This document shows positions 29,426 to 41,585 of a DNA stretch of 64,000 nucleotides, piece by piece. Under the pieces are notes generated by a model. That model saw only the letters and a program-made list of their open reading frames with translations, did no database searches and was not told where the DNA came from. Every line of letters begins with the position of its first letter. Position 1 is the stretch's first letter. Source of the DNA: Eledone cirrhosa (Eukaryota); assembly GCA_964016885.1 (NCBI GenBank), contig OZ024749.1, positions 34,348,001 through 34,412,000 on the forward strand, in the 5' to 3' direction. A program made the translations under genes and the position numbers.

Positions 29426-29801
29426 ATTATTGGTATACCAACACTTATGATGTTGAATATTGATTCCTAATTTAGGCACAAAGCCAGCAACTTTGACAGA
29501 AGGGCAAAGATGATTAGACCAACCTCAGTATTTGACTGGTATTTCACTTTATCGACCCCCGGAAGGGTGAAAAGCAAAGTGGATCTTGGAGGATTTAAAC
29601 TCAGAAAGTAAAAAGCCAAATACCAGAGCTCGACCGATCACTTCCTTTTCTTGTCGGTCACCGTTGAGACCTCTGATACCGTTGGCTATTGGACTGCTAC
29701 AGAGGAGAGAGAGATAGCCAAATACTAGGGCTTAACTGACCACTTCCTTTTCCTACCGGTCACCTTTGAGACCTCTGGTACCCTTGGTCATTGGACTGCT
29801 A

Positions 29802-29877
<76 letters not shown>

Positions 29878-30126
29878 ACCGACAGCTTCCTTTTCTTGTC
29901 GGTCACCGTTGAGATCTCTGGTGTCCTCGGTTCCCTGATTGCTGTTTTCCTTTGAAAAATTGGAAGGAGTGTATCTCATCTGAAGAAGAATCCCCGTGAG
30001 TGGGAGTGGGAGTGGCTGATGCATCGGATGTCGCTGGCTATTCTCCGTGGTTATCTTACTATGAAATTATTTATCCACGATTTTTATTCATTAAAAAAAT
30101 CTATTTTATTATTTAATTGGTCTAAT

Positions 30127-30702
30127 GGCGGTGGATTGACACAATCGTTAAAACATCAGAACCAATGTCATTACAATATCGGTAGAGCGTCGGACAACAT
30201 GCTTTATGGCATAGAGTTACGCCCTTTAACGATATATGCCCAAGTTCAAATTCTGTAGTCGTTATCTTTGCCTTTCATCCTTACGGGGGTCGATAACAAA
30301 AAGTACCAGTAATGCACTGGTGTTCGATTTAATCGACTTTCCTCTCCCACCAAAATTGTTGTCCTTGTGCCTAAATCAGAAACCAATATTTGTTCTGGTT
30401 CTTTACAGTCTGATTTCAAATCCCACCGAGGTCAACTTGGCCTTTCATTCTTCCCAGATCACGTACTGGGATCGATATAATCAACTTACCCCTCTACAGA
30501 AATTGGAAGACTTATACATAGTTTCAGTATCGGTAGAGGGTCGGACGCCATGCTTTGACGCATAGAGTTACGGCCCTTGCCATTCTGAGTTCAAATCCCG
30601 CCAAGGTTAACTTTGCTTTTTATCCTTAAGGGGTCGATAAAATAAAGTACCAGTAATGCACTGGGTATTTGCTGGCCTTGTGCCAAAAGTAGAAACAATT
30701 AT
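30127..30702 (+). mobile_element. Cluster of SINE family A copies
   Basis: Core motif repeated two to three times. Confidence 0.8.
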
Positions 30703-31446
30703 TTAATTAATCTAAAAGCAACGAGAAATAACTTTTTTGAGCCAAGCGAAGACAAGTAAATAGTTATTTTATACAACAAATTTGCTATTTTTAGGTGGTA
30801 ACATGATGTGTTTGATTTCATGAAATAATCATCGATATTAACTGTAAGTAGTAAAATTTGATAAATTTACAGTAAAAATTAAAATCTGCTCATCATAGAT
30901 TTTTTTTTTAAAGACAAAATGATAGATGGGCAGACATAGCTCAACGTAGTTAATGGAGTGATAACTGAGATGAGGTAGAGAAAATATGAAGCTTTACCTT
31001 TTGTAATACTTATCTGTGACAATTATAATCATCTAGCAATTGCCTGTTGACTGCCATCTCTTTTGATGTGTCTATGTTGTTGAAAAGGTCAGAAGTTTTA
31101 TCAATGCTGACAGCATGACATTTAACGAAACTAAAAGAGAATGCTGCCAAAATCAGGTTCAATGAAGTATTTTAACCTTAAGCTAAAATTGAAATAAACT
31201 GCTTAATGAAATCATGTTTCAGAGATCGTACTTTCTTTTACTTTAAATATCTTCGTTTTCTATATACTAGATAAATAAATAAATAACTTGAAAATTTATT
31301 GTCGGGTTATTTAATGTGCACGATACATCTATTATATCTATTATATCTATCCACACACATCCACACACATACATATATATGTGTATGCGTGTGTGTATGT
31401 AGTTATGTATGTATATATGTATGTATTTATGTATATATATGTCTGT

Positions 31447-31524
<78 letters not shown>

Positions 31525-31545
31525 ATATATATATATATATATATG

Positions 31546-31590
<45 letters not shown>

Positions 31591-31611
31591 ATATATATAT
31601 ATATATGTATG

Positions 31612-31703
<92 letters not shown>

Positions 31704-31849
31704 TACTTTGGGAGAGTCATTCTGCCAATAAAAGTATAACAATATCTGTTTCAACACACGATTTCACATCAAGAATCTCGCGAATCAAATTCAACACTAA
31801 GTGCGTCAATCAGTCACACACAACAAGGGTCATCGGACATTTTCGAGGC

Positions 31850-32305
31850 AAGCCAACACGTCACATCTGGGACACCACGGCCAGTGACTCTTTTGCTCCC
31901 TTCCACACCCTGGATGCCGCGGTTAATGCGAGGGTCACTGCTTCCGTAGCCGAACGGAGTAAAATCCTACAATGCCGGAAACTATCAACTAAATATTTTT
32001 TTCAACCTGTGGCATTCGAGAAGTTTTGGTGGAGTTGGGTCACTGACAGCGAAGTTCTTGTCACTGTTAGCGGCTCACCTTGATGATGCCCATGAGGGTG
32101 CTTGGATGTTTCAGCGCCTTAGCCTAGCTATCACCCGCAGTAATGCTGCGAACGTGGTGGCTTGCCTCAAAAAATTCCGATGACCCTTGTGGTGTGTGAC
32201 CCATTGACGTACTTAGTGTTGAATTGATGTTTATTTTTTCTCTCTTTTCGCTTTGATAATATATTTTTGTGTACGATATTTATAAGGTTCCTAGCAATAA
32301 AACAT
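31850..32305 (+). mobile_element. CRE-like non-LTR retrotransposon 3' fragment (restriction-like endonuclease domain)
   Basis: [11 protein letters not shown]...AERSK...FQPVAFE and, in another frame, WMFQRLSLAITRSNAANV; ends at AATAAA. Confidence 0.7.
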
Positions 32306-32315
32306 ATTTATATTC

Positions 32316-32575
32316 CAGGGGCGGTGGAAGCATTTTTGAATTGGGGTAGGGGAAGCAAATTTGGTCAATTTAGTTGTAGGGATTAGTTTATCTGTTATCA
32401 AATATCAACCAATATATAAAAAAAAACTTCGATATACGATAAATATAACATGTACATAAATTGTAACGCATATACAAATAGATATTTGTCTTGGTAGTTT
32501 GGGGAGAAAATATATAATTATTAGGGAGGATGGGGTGTCATGCCCCCCCCCCCCCACCAGTTTCACTGCCCCTGT
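32316..32575. mobile_element. MITE with CAGGGGC termini
   Basis: CAGGGGCGGTGGAAGC and GTTTCACTGCCCCTG, with tattc on both flanks. Confidence 0.6.
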
Positions 32576-32653
32576 ATTCCGAAACCAAAAGACCGATTTG
32601 TCTCTATTGTGTTAAATGTAAAATCGTATACAAATATGGTACATTAAAATAAA

Positions 32654-32838
32654 ATAATTGTTTCTACTTTTGGCACAAGGCCAGCAATTACCCAGTACAT
32701 TACTGGTACTTTATTTTATCGACCCCGTAAGGATGAAAGGCAAAGTTAACCTCGGCGGAATTTGAACTCAGAATGGCAAGGGTCGTAACTCTATACGTCA
32801 AATATGGCGTCCGACCCTCTACCAATACTGCCAATCCA
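32654..32838 (-). mobile_element. SINE family A
   Basis: Near full-length copy. Confidence 0.85.
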
Positions 32839-33434
32839 CAAAGTTAAAAATAATGAAAATGTAATATATTTAGTAATTTATTAATTGATCTCCTAACTAA
32901 CCCCCTTGTTTAATGTAATGTCAATTTAAGATTAGAAAATCTGGCAGTTTATCAAATATTCTCAAACAGTAACTTATGAATGTAAGGAGTGCGCTGATAC
33001 CGGTTTGCCCTCCAGGCATTAAATAATTTTATAAAATCGTACTGCAATCATTTCAGTTATTTATACCTCTTCATGTAGATAATGAAGCGGCGAATAGGTA
33101 GAGCTGTTAAAACGTCGGATATACAAAATATTTTGCGGTATTCATTCCGTCTCGCTGCAATCTGAGTTCAAATCCCGCCAAGATCAGCTTTGTCATTCAT
33201 CTTTTTGAAGTTGATAAAAAAGTACCTACCAGTCTGATATTAGGGTTTATTCTTCTATAACTTTCTCACTTCCTCTCTCTCTCAAGAAGAAATTAGCTCA
33301 GAAAGGGAGATGGGTTTCGCCAAAATTAAAAAACCCAAGACAATCCATATCTCAAAAGAGTACCCCTACGATGCTATCAAGAGTTACAGGTCCAGACATA
33401 CATGTAGGTGATGACTTTAAGGGCTAAATAGCAC

Positions 33435-33865
33435 TTAGTAGCAGCAACACTTCTGACTGACACATGTTGACAGCTACACTTCTGACTAACACGTAAAAAA
33501 CCAGCTACACTTCTGACTAACACGTAAAAAAAACAGCTACACTTCTGACTAACACGTAAAAAAAACAGCTACACTTCTGACTTACACGTAAAAAAAACAG
33601 CTACACTTCTGACTTACACGTAAAAAAAACACAGCTACAGTTCTGACTAACACGTAAAAAAACACAACTACACTTCTGACTAACACTTAGTAACAGTTAC
33701 ACTTCTGTCTGACATTTACTAACAACTACACTTCTGACTAACACTTACAGACAGCTACACTTCTGATTATCATCTAGTAACAGCTACACTTCTGATTAAT
33801 ATGTAGTAACAACTACACTTCTGTCTGTCGCCCAGTAACAGCTACACTTCTGATTAACACTTAGT
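33435..33865. repeat. About 28-31-bp minisatellite
   Basis: ACAGCTACACTTCTGACTAACAC core repeated about 14 times. Confidence 0.9.
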
Positions 33866-34037
33866 TGTAAATGAACGAAAAGGTTTTGAATTCCATGTCT
33901 TGAAAAAACTATTTAGGTACGAGGTCAGCAAATTTTGGGGAAGGGCCACGTGGATTAAATCAACCTAGTACATGACCGGTATTTTATTTTATTGACCCCC
34001 ACAATGTCAAACTCGGGGAATCCTTCCAGTTGTTGCC

Positions 34038-34430
34038 ATAATAATAATTGTTTCTACTTTGGGCACAAGGCCAACAATTACCCAGTGCATTACTGGTACT
34101 TTATTTTATCGACCCCGTAAGGATGAAAGGTAAAGTTACCCTCGACGGGATTTGAACTCAGACCGTAAAGGGGCGTAACTATGCTAGAAAGCATGGCGTG
34201 CAACCCTCTACCGATACTGCCAATTCATAATAATAATGATTTCTAATATAGACATAGGGCCAGAAATTTAAGGAGAGGAAACATGGATTAAATGGACCCC
34301 AATACTTGACTGCTTCTTTATTTTATTGATCCCAGATGGATGAAAGACAAAGTTGGCCTTAGCCGTGTAAAGAGAGACAGAACACATACAATAAATTATT
34401 TTGTTCGACGCTCTAACGATTCTGTTAATG
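34038..34430 (-). mobile_element. SINE family A, one young and one old copy
   Basis: Core motif twice. Confidence 0.8.
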
Positions 34431-34943
34431 TAATAACAATGTTTCTCAGTTTATTTTATATTGGGAAATATTGCCGGAAAGAAAATTTTAGGAATAAATG
34501 AGCGTAAAGTGGACAGTAAATTCCATATAACATCAAACTACATCGTTTATACGTCAGCTAAGATAATCTTGTTTTCACTTAACAGTTTCTATTAATGCTA
34601 GGAATGCTAGAAGCTGAATCTATTTAAAGAAAATGTATTTTCTAATGGTATGTAGCGGCCATGATTATGCCTTTGCACCCTTCTTCCGCTTGGCTGCCAA
34701 TTTATGCATTTCAATGTTCTATTATCTGTTGATTCAAGGCTGAAAATATATTTAATCACCGAGGCACAACAGATAAATAACAAAAGAAGAATGATTTATT
34801 TAATATTAATATATTTGATATTTTAGAATTTATGTATTTTACAAATCTGAATATACGTATGTCTTAGAAAGTATGTGTCTGATGATAGGTAAACGTTACC
34901 CAGACACATAAACAATTCTCACTGTGGATACATTTGTCTAGAC

Positions 34944-35228
34944 CAGTGGTCCCCAATCTTTTGTGCCCCATGCCCCATTTTGACATAAAAACAACGATGA
35001 TCAACTTACAAAGTGTAAATAAATTGGCGTGTGGGTGATGCCAGATGCACAATAACATGAGTGGAGGAGGTGAGACAGGAGTTTCCGACAGTAATTTGTT
35101 CCAAAGTTACCTTGGTGTAAAAGTAATAAAACATGAGGTTTGTTCTCATTAACACTATTTTCAAATGGCCCCCTTAAATATTCAAATTGCTTCCCTGTGG
35201 GGCGTGCGCTCCACGTTGGGAATCACTG
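34944..35228. mobile_element. hAT (Charlie-like) MITE
   Basis: Termini CAGTGGTCCCCAA and TTGGGAATCACTG with a perfect 8-bp TSD GTCTAGAC. Confidence 0.88.
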
Positions 35229-36081
35229 GTCTAGACAATCGCTTACCCTTGAATTATGTTACTGCTCCTAATGAAATTTCTTAAATTTTATATTACTGGA
35301 GCTGACTTGAGGTTCTAATAGTGTCTACCTATAGTACTTTTGTTAACCTATACTTTTGCCAGACAATATGATTGAAAACTTTACGTATTAATCAATATTT
35401 TGACACACACATATATAAAAGAAAATGAGGGTTTATAAAAATGAAAAACAACAACAAAAAAACAAGATGTCCTACACGAGTGAAAGTATAAGGAAAAAAG
35501 ATTAAATCGAAAATGCAACTGGAGTCTTTTTAAGAATATTTGTTTCCTTTACCGGTTTCACAGTTCTTATGCTTTTCAAAAGTAGAGTTGAGATGGAGGG
35601 TTTGTGGTTTTTCTCGCATCTCGCATAAATACATATATATATTTATGTGGCCGTGTAGGTAACACGGTAAAAACCTCCTAGTACACACTGTAAACGTGGT
35701 TGGTGTTGGGAAGGGCACCCAGCCGTAGAAAACCCGCCAGACGTGTAGGTGTCACGACAAAAAAACACACAGTCCACGCTGTAATGTGGCCGTGTAGGTA
35801 ACACGGTAAAAACCTCCCAGTCCACACTGTAAATGTGGTTGGTGTTAGGAAGGGCATGCATCCGTAGAAAACCCGCCAGACAGTCCTATACGAGCAAGAC
35901 AACCAATCTTGCCTCAAGTGGGAAAACTCCCGTCCAAACCCATGCAAGCGTGGAAGATGGACGTTAAACGATGATGATGATGATGATAATATATTTAAAA
36001 GGTAAACAGAAATAACAACACAATCGGTACAATATATGGAAGGGATGTATTAGGTTAACGCTTGAAATAGCATGAAGAGGG

Positions 36082-36117
36082 TCTTAACGTTTCGGACGCT
36101 AGTCCTTCATCAGAAGA
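36082..36117 (-). ncRNA. Minimal hammerhead ribozyme motif (Penelope-like)
   Basis: TCTT-CTGATGA-aGGACtagcGTCC-GAAACGTT-AAGA; palindromic ACGT in place of stem III. Confidence 0.65.
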
Positions 36118-36214
36118 AAGAATGAGAAATTAGATAGATTGAAGGGACGGACGGGGTGGAATTGGAAAAAATGTCTTTAGACAAAAATAACAGGTCCATT
36201 CATGTTGCCATATA

Positions 36215-36612
36215 TAATCTTAGTTCTTAGGTTCTTCCACGCCTTTCGGCGCATCGAACAATAAGTAGTCGCCAACGGTCACGATCAGCGGTGGCTTTTT
36301 CGCGTTCGTGCCAAATGGTGTTGGCTGCCACCATGTCTTTTTGGAACGTTCGTCGCCAGCTGATCCTGGGGGAACCCCGTTTCAGTTTGCCGCCAGATGG
36401 AATCCAGTTCATCGCTGTTCTTGAGTGTCGTTCGTTGGGCAGGCACAGAATATGGCCGGCCAGGCGGCACCGGCACTCCATGACCACCCGCTGCAACATC
36501 CACAACTCGGCTCTCCGCAGGATTTCATTGTTTCGCACTCGGTCGCGCCAGGACACACGAAGGCTCCTTTGCAGCCACCGCTGGAATGCGTTAAGCCGTG
36601 CTCTTCTACGCA
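36215..36612 (-). mobile_element. RTE-clade LINE 3' fragment
   Basis: LRVSWRDRVRNNEIL...RLAGHILCLPNER...KRGSPRISWRRT...DRDRWR. Confidence 0.8.
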
Positions 36613-36671
<59 letters not shown>

Positions 36672-36753
36672 CTTTCACCGTATTTTTTACTAAAGGAATT
36701 TTAGCCTGATAATGGGGTTTAGAACCCTCAGGTAAATGGAAAAAGATGAGTAT

Positions 36754-36824
36754 TGACGTACATGGGAGTCGAACGCATATCTTTGGTTATCGCGACCACT
36801 GTGCTACCATTACACCAACACATC
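36754..36824 (-). tRNA. Mirror copy of the tRNA-like sequence in the left arm
   Basis: Exact reverse complement of 36844-36914. Confidence 0.45.
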
Positions 36825-36843
36825 ACCCATGGGTGATGTGGGT

Positions 36844-36914
36844 GATGTGTTGGTGTAATGGTAGCACAGTGGTCGCGATAACCAAAGATATGCGTTCGAC
36901 TCCCATGTACGTCA
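36844..36914 (+). tRNA. tRNA-like (pseudo-tRNA) sequence in the right arm of a palindrome
   Basis: 71 nt; A box TGGTGTAATGGTAGCAC, B box GTTCGACTCC, foldable cloverleaf with mismatches, loop CGCGATA lacks U33; TTTTT 9 nt downstream. Confidence 0.45.
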
Positions 36915-36970
36915 ATACTCATCTTTTTCCATTTATCTGAGGGTTCTAAACCCCATTATCAGGCTAAAAT

Positions 36971-37156
36971 GGCGGTGAATTGGCAGTATCGGTAGAGGGT
37001 CGGACACCATGCTTTGACGCATAGAGTTACGGCCTTTGCCATTCTGAGTTCAAATCCCGCCGAGGTTAACTTTGCCTTTCATCCTTACGGGGTCGATAAA
37101 ATCAAGTACCAGTAATGTACTAGGTAATTGCTGGCCTTGTGCCAATAGTAGAAACA
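36971..37156 (+). mobile_element. SINE family A inserted in the palindrome arm
   Basis: Perfect 16-bp TSD ATTATCAGGCTAAAAT (36955-36970 and 37157-37172). Confidence 0.92.
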
Positions 37157-37244
37157 ATTATCAGGCTAAAATTTCTTTAGTCAAAAATACGGTGAAAACT
37201 ATTCTATTTTCTAATTTCAAACCTGCTCACTGTTTCAAAACTTG

Positions 37245-37275
<31 letters not shown>

Positions 37276-37587
37276 GAAAGTCACGAATTTAATTTAGTGA
37301 CCACCGGCCATAGATTACATGCTGAATGAGATAACAAGTGTGCAGTTGATTGGCTGCACGTTGCATTTCAGAGCGAACACAATTAGTTAGTGAGTTTTAT
37401 GGCTATGTTCAGGTATTGGTTACACAGATCGATCTGCTGGTCGGAATTCCGTTTCGTTGTAATCTTCCGCCTATAACAGTTATAAAATACATTACGTGCA
37501 GAGGATTGCATAACATCGGCGTGTGTGTATGTATACCCCTTCTATATACTGTACCGATTGTTGTTATTTCTGTTTACCTTTTACATT

Positions 37588-39453
37588 ATCATCATCATCA
37601 TCATTTAACGTCCATGTTCCACGCTTGCATGGGTTTGGACGGAAGTTTTCCCACTTGAGGCAAGAGTGGTTGTCTTGCTCGCATAGGACTGTCTGGCGGG
37701 TTTTCTACAGCTGGATGCCCTTCCTAACACCAACCACATTTAGAGTGTGGGGCTGGGAGGTTTTTACCGTGTTGCCTACACGGCCACATTACAGCGTGGA
37801 CTGTGTGTTTTTTTTGTCGTGACACCTGCACGATCTCATTTGTTTCGGCCTGGATGTTGTGGCACCAACATAACTTTACATTGAAAGGGGCGGTGTGGAT
37901 GGGGTGGGGGTGGTGGGACGGGGGTGTATTTTGTTAGAGATGCCTACTGACTGTAGTAGGTTTTACTTTGTAAGGCGGGTCTTCTCTATTACTGAGTACC
38001 GCCAAAGATCTCGGTCCTGTGACATTGTCTTGGAGAGGTGTAAGTGTGTGAGGTCGGAATTTATCAGGTCGTCCCAGGTTTTTCTGGGTCTGCCTACTCC
38101 GTGGCTACCGTCTATCTTTATTGCCCTGCACTTTTTTATACAGCTGTCGTCTTTCATGCGCATCACGTGACCATACCAACGTAGCCTTCTCTCGAGTAAA
38201 CAACATCTGATCCCTCTTATTTCTAATTTTTCCCTTAGTTCGTTTATGCTTTGCCGTTCACGTATATTACTATTACACATCCAGCAGAGCATGCAAGCTT
38301 CGTTCCTCTCTAGTCTGCGTATATCCTCTGCACACAATGCCCAGGTCTCACTGCCATGCAACATTGCTGTTCGTATGCAGGCATCATACAACCTGCCTTT
38401 CATTTTTAGGGAGAACTCTTTAGCGGCTAATAGTGGTATAAGCTCTCTGAACTTTTTCATCCAGTTCTGACTCTAGTTACTGTACTTTCAGAGCACCCTC
38501 CCCCACTGCTGATTTTGTCACCCAGGTAACAGAAGCTGTCCACTATTTCTATAGAACCCTCTGCGCAATTGAAAGAGCTAGTATTTTGTGGGCACTTACT
38601 GCTACTTATTGCACCAGAGCACCGGCCACATGTAAAATCTATGTTCTCAGTTAGCTTACCTGTGATCCCACTACATCTTTTATGCACCCAAACTTTGCAT
38701 TTGGGACATAAAATGGAGTTTCTACCTACGCCTTTCCTACACACTGAGCATGGCCATTTCCCGGAAGGGACCGGCGCCTTATTTTCTTTCCTACAAACTA
38801 GAACTTTAGTCTTAGCCAGGTTAATTTTAAGGCCTTTTGCTTCTAGGCTGTGCTTCCATGTTTGGAATTTCTTCTCTAGCTCGGCCATTGATTCAGCTAT
38901 GAGCGTTAGATCGTCTGCGTATAGGCAGCCGGTCTTGAACTCCACTGTTATAGCCTGAAGGGCAATAATAAATAGTAGGGGGCTAAGAACAGAGCCCTGA
39001 TGAACACCAACTTTTACGCTAAACTCTTCACTATATTCATTGTTAATTCTAACCCTGCTGACTGTTTCTTTATACATGGCTTGTATAGCTCTCACAAGCC
39101 ATTCATCAACACCTAGTTTTCTAAGAGCCCACCAGATAATGGAACGGGGGACTCTGTCGAAGGCTTTCTCCAAGTCGACAAAAGCTAAGTATAGGGGTTT
39201 ACTTTTAGCTAGGTACTTCTCCTGTAGTTGTGGTACAATGAAAAGAGCGTCTGTGGTACTTTTGCCTGACACAAACCCGAACTGCATTTCATCTAGATCA
39301 ATTCTCTCTCTGATTAGTTGCGCTATTACTTTTTCCGTGACCTTCATGACCTGGTCGATTAATTTAATGCCTCTATAGTTACTCCTATCTAGGGCATCTC
39401 CTTTACCCTTGTAACAGTTAATGATGATGCTGCTACGCCAGTCCTTCGGAACA

Positions 39454-39458
<5 letters not shown>
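37588..39458 (-). mobile_element. 5'-truncated RTE-clade LINE (RT, Cys/His finger, C-terminal domain, 3' UTR, (ATG)n tail)
   Basis: KGKGDALDRSNYRGIKL, QFGF, FVDLEKAFDRV, GVHQGSVLSPLLF, YADD, RRLRWYGHV, GRPRKTW; in-frame TGA at 38459-38457. Confidence 0.93.
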
Positions 39459-39490
<32 letters not shown>

Positions 39491-39819
39491 GGATGCCCTC
39501 CCGAATACCAACCACTTTATAGCGTGTACTTGGTACACTTATTGTGTAAGTTACCAAAACTAGGGAAGTTGTCATGCTGAGACACAACTCAAGGGTCCTC
39601 TCAACCTTTTTTAAGGTATGGTTTCTACAGCGAGGTGCCCTTCTTGTCGCCAACCACCTTACAGGGTCTACCAGGTGCATTTCATGGCACTAACACTAGA
39701 TAGGCTGTTGCTCCTTTTCCCAATGGAAGCACCCTCTTTGCACCATGGGGGTGGAGGTGAGCAATCGGAGGGAGACCAATGGACCGATGGAAAATTGAAT
39801 ATAAAGTGTTATGATCAGT

Positions 39820-41493
39820 GGATGTGTTGACTGATGGACAAACTGAATGTACTGAGTCATGGCCAGGGAATGTGTTGACCAATGGACAAACTGGATGCAC
39901 TGGGTCATTGCCAGGGAATGTGTTGACCAATGGACAAACTGGATGCACTGGGTCATTGCCAGGGAATGTGTTGACCAATGGACACACTGGATGTAATGTG
40001 CTATGGTCAGTGAATATGTTGACCGATGGACAAACTGGATGTAATGTGCTATGGTCAGTGAATGTGTTGACCGATGGACAAACTGGATGTAATGTGCTAT
40101 GGTCAGTGAATGTGTTGACCAATGGACAAACTGGATGTAATGTGCTATGGTCAGTGAATGTGTTGACCAATGGACACACTGGATGTAATGTGCTATGGTC
40201 AGTGAATGTGTTGACCAATGGACAAACTGGATGTAATGTGCTATGGTCAGTGAATGTGTTGACCAATGGACAAACTGGATGTAATGTGCTATGGTCAGTG
40301 AATGTGTTGACCAATGGACAAACTGGATGTAATGTGCTATGGTCAGTGAATGTGTTGACCAATGGACAAACTGGATGTAATGTGCTATGGTCAGTGAATG
40401 TGTTGACCAATGGACAAACTGGATGTAATGTGCTATGGTCAGTGAATGTGTTGACCAATGGACAAACTGGATGTAATGTGTTATGGTCAGTGAATGTGTT
40501 GACCAATGGACAAACTGGATGTAATGTGCTATGGTCAGTGAATGTGTTGACCAATGGACAAACTGGATGTAATGTGCTATGGTCAGTGAATGTGTTGACC
40601 AATGGACAAACTGGATGTAATGTGTTATGGTCAGTGAATGTGTTGACCAATGGACAAACTGGATGTAATGTGTTATGGTCAGTGAATGTGTTGACCAATG
40701 GACAAACTGGATGTAATGTGCTATGGTCAGTGAATGTGTTGACCAATGGACAAACTGGATGTAATGTGCTATGGTCAGTGAATGTGTTGACCAATGGACA
40801 AACTGGATGTAATGTGCTATGGTCAGTGAATGTGTTGACCAATGGACAAACTGGATGTAATGTGTTATGGTCAGTGAATGTGTTGACCAATGGACAAACT
40901 GGATGTAATGTGTTATGGTCAGTGAATGTGTTGACCAATGGACAAACTGGATGTAATGTGCTATGGTCAGTGAATGTGTTGACCAATGGACAAACTGGAT
41001 GTAATGTGCTATGGTCAGTGAATGTGTTGACCAATGGACAAACTGGATGTAATGTGCTATGGTCAGTGAATGTGTTGACCAATGGACAAACTGGATGTAA
41101 TGTGCTATGGTCAGTGAATGTGTTGACCAATGGACAAACTGGATGTAATGTGCTATGGTCAGTGAATGTGTTGACCAATGGACAAACTGGATGTAATGTG
41201 CTATGGTCAGTGAATGTGTTGACCAATGGACAAACTGGATGTAATGTGCTATGGTCAGTGAATGTGTTGACCAATGGACAAACTGGATGTAATGTGCTAT
41301 GGTCAGTGAATGTGTTGACCAATGGACAAACTGGATGTAATGTGCTATGGTCAGTGAATGTGTTGACCAATGGACAAACTGGATGTAATGTGCTATGGTC
41401 AGTGAATGTGTTGACCAATGGACAAACTGGATGTAATGTGCTATGGTCATTGAATGAGTTGATTGATGAACAAACTGGTGTTATGGTCATTGA
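39820..41493. repeat. 48-bp minisatellite, about 35 units
   Basis: Unit GAATGTGTTGACCAATGGACAAACTGGATGTAATGTGCTATGGTCAGT. Confidence 0.97.
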
Positions 41494-41585
41494 AGCAAAA
41501 GCTAAAAGTTTACATGATGATTTACAGAAAAAGGAAGATGGAACTTCAAAAGTAAATCCTTTTCTGGCTAATAAAGGTAATTTTC
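41450..41585 (+). mobile_element. Tigger/pogo transposase fragment (CENP-B-type HTH)
   Basis: VMVIEAKAKSLHDDLQKKEDGTSKVNPFLANKG resembles the IxEKAKxLY...F.ASxGW segment of Tigger transposases. Confidence 0.6.

Larger units (their letters stand above)
36671..37202. repeat. Long fold-back palindrome (arms about 160 bp) interrupted by a SINE
   Basis: 36671-36829 is the near-perfect reverse complement of 36840-36970 plus 37173-37200. Confidence 0.9.

Noticed and set aside
33435-33865. CRISPR-like array
   Set aside because: Eukaryotic context, no unique spacers and no cas genes; an ordinary minisatellite, as are the 48, 57 and 63-bp arrays.
34685-34700. TTGGCTGCCAA shared with the peptide gene promoter
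   Set aside because: Only about 11 bp match, with no adjacent ATG/donor or further alignment.
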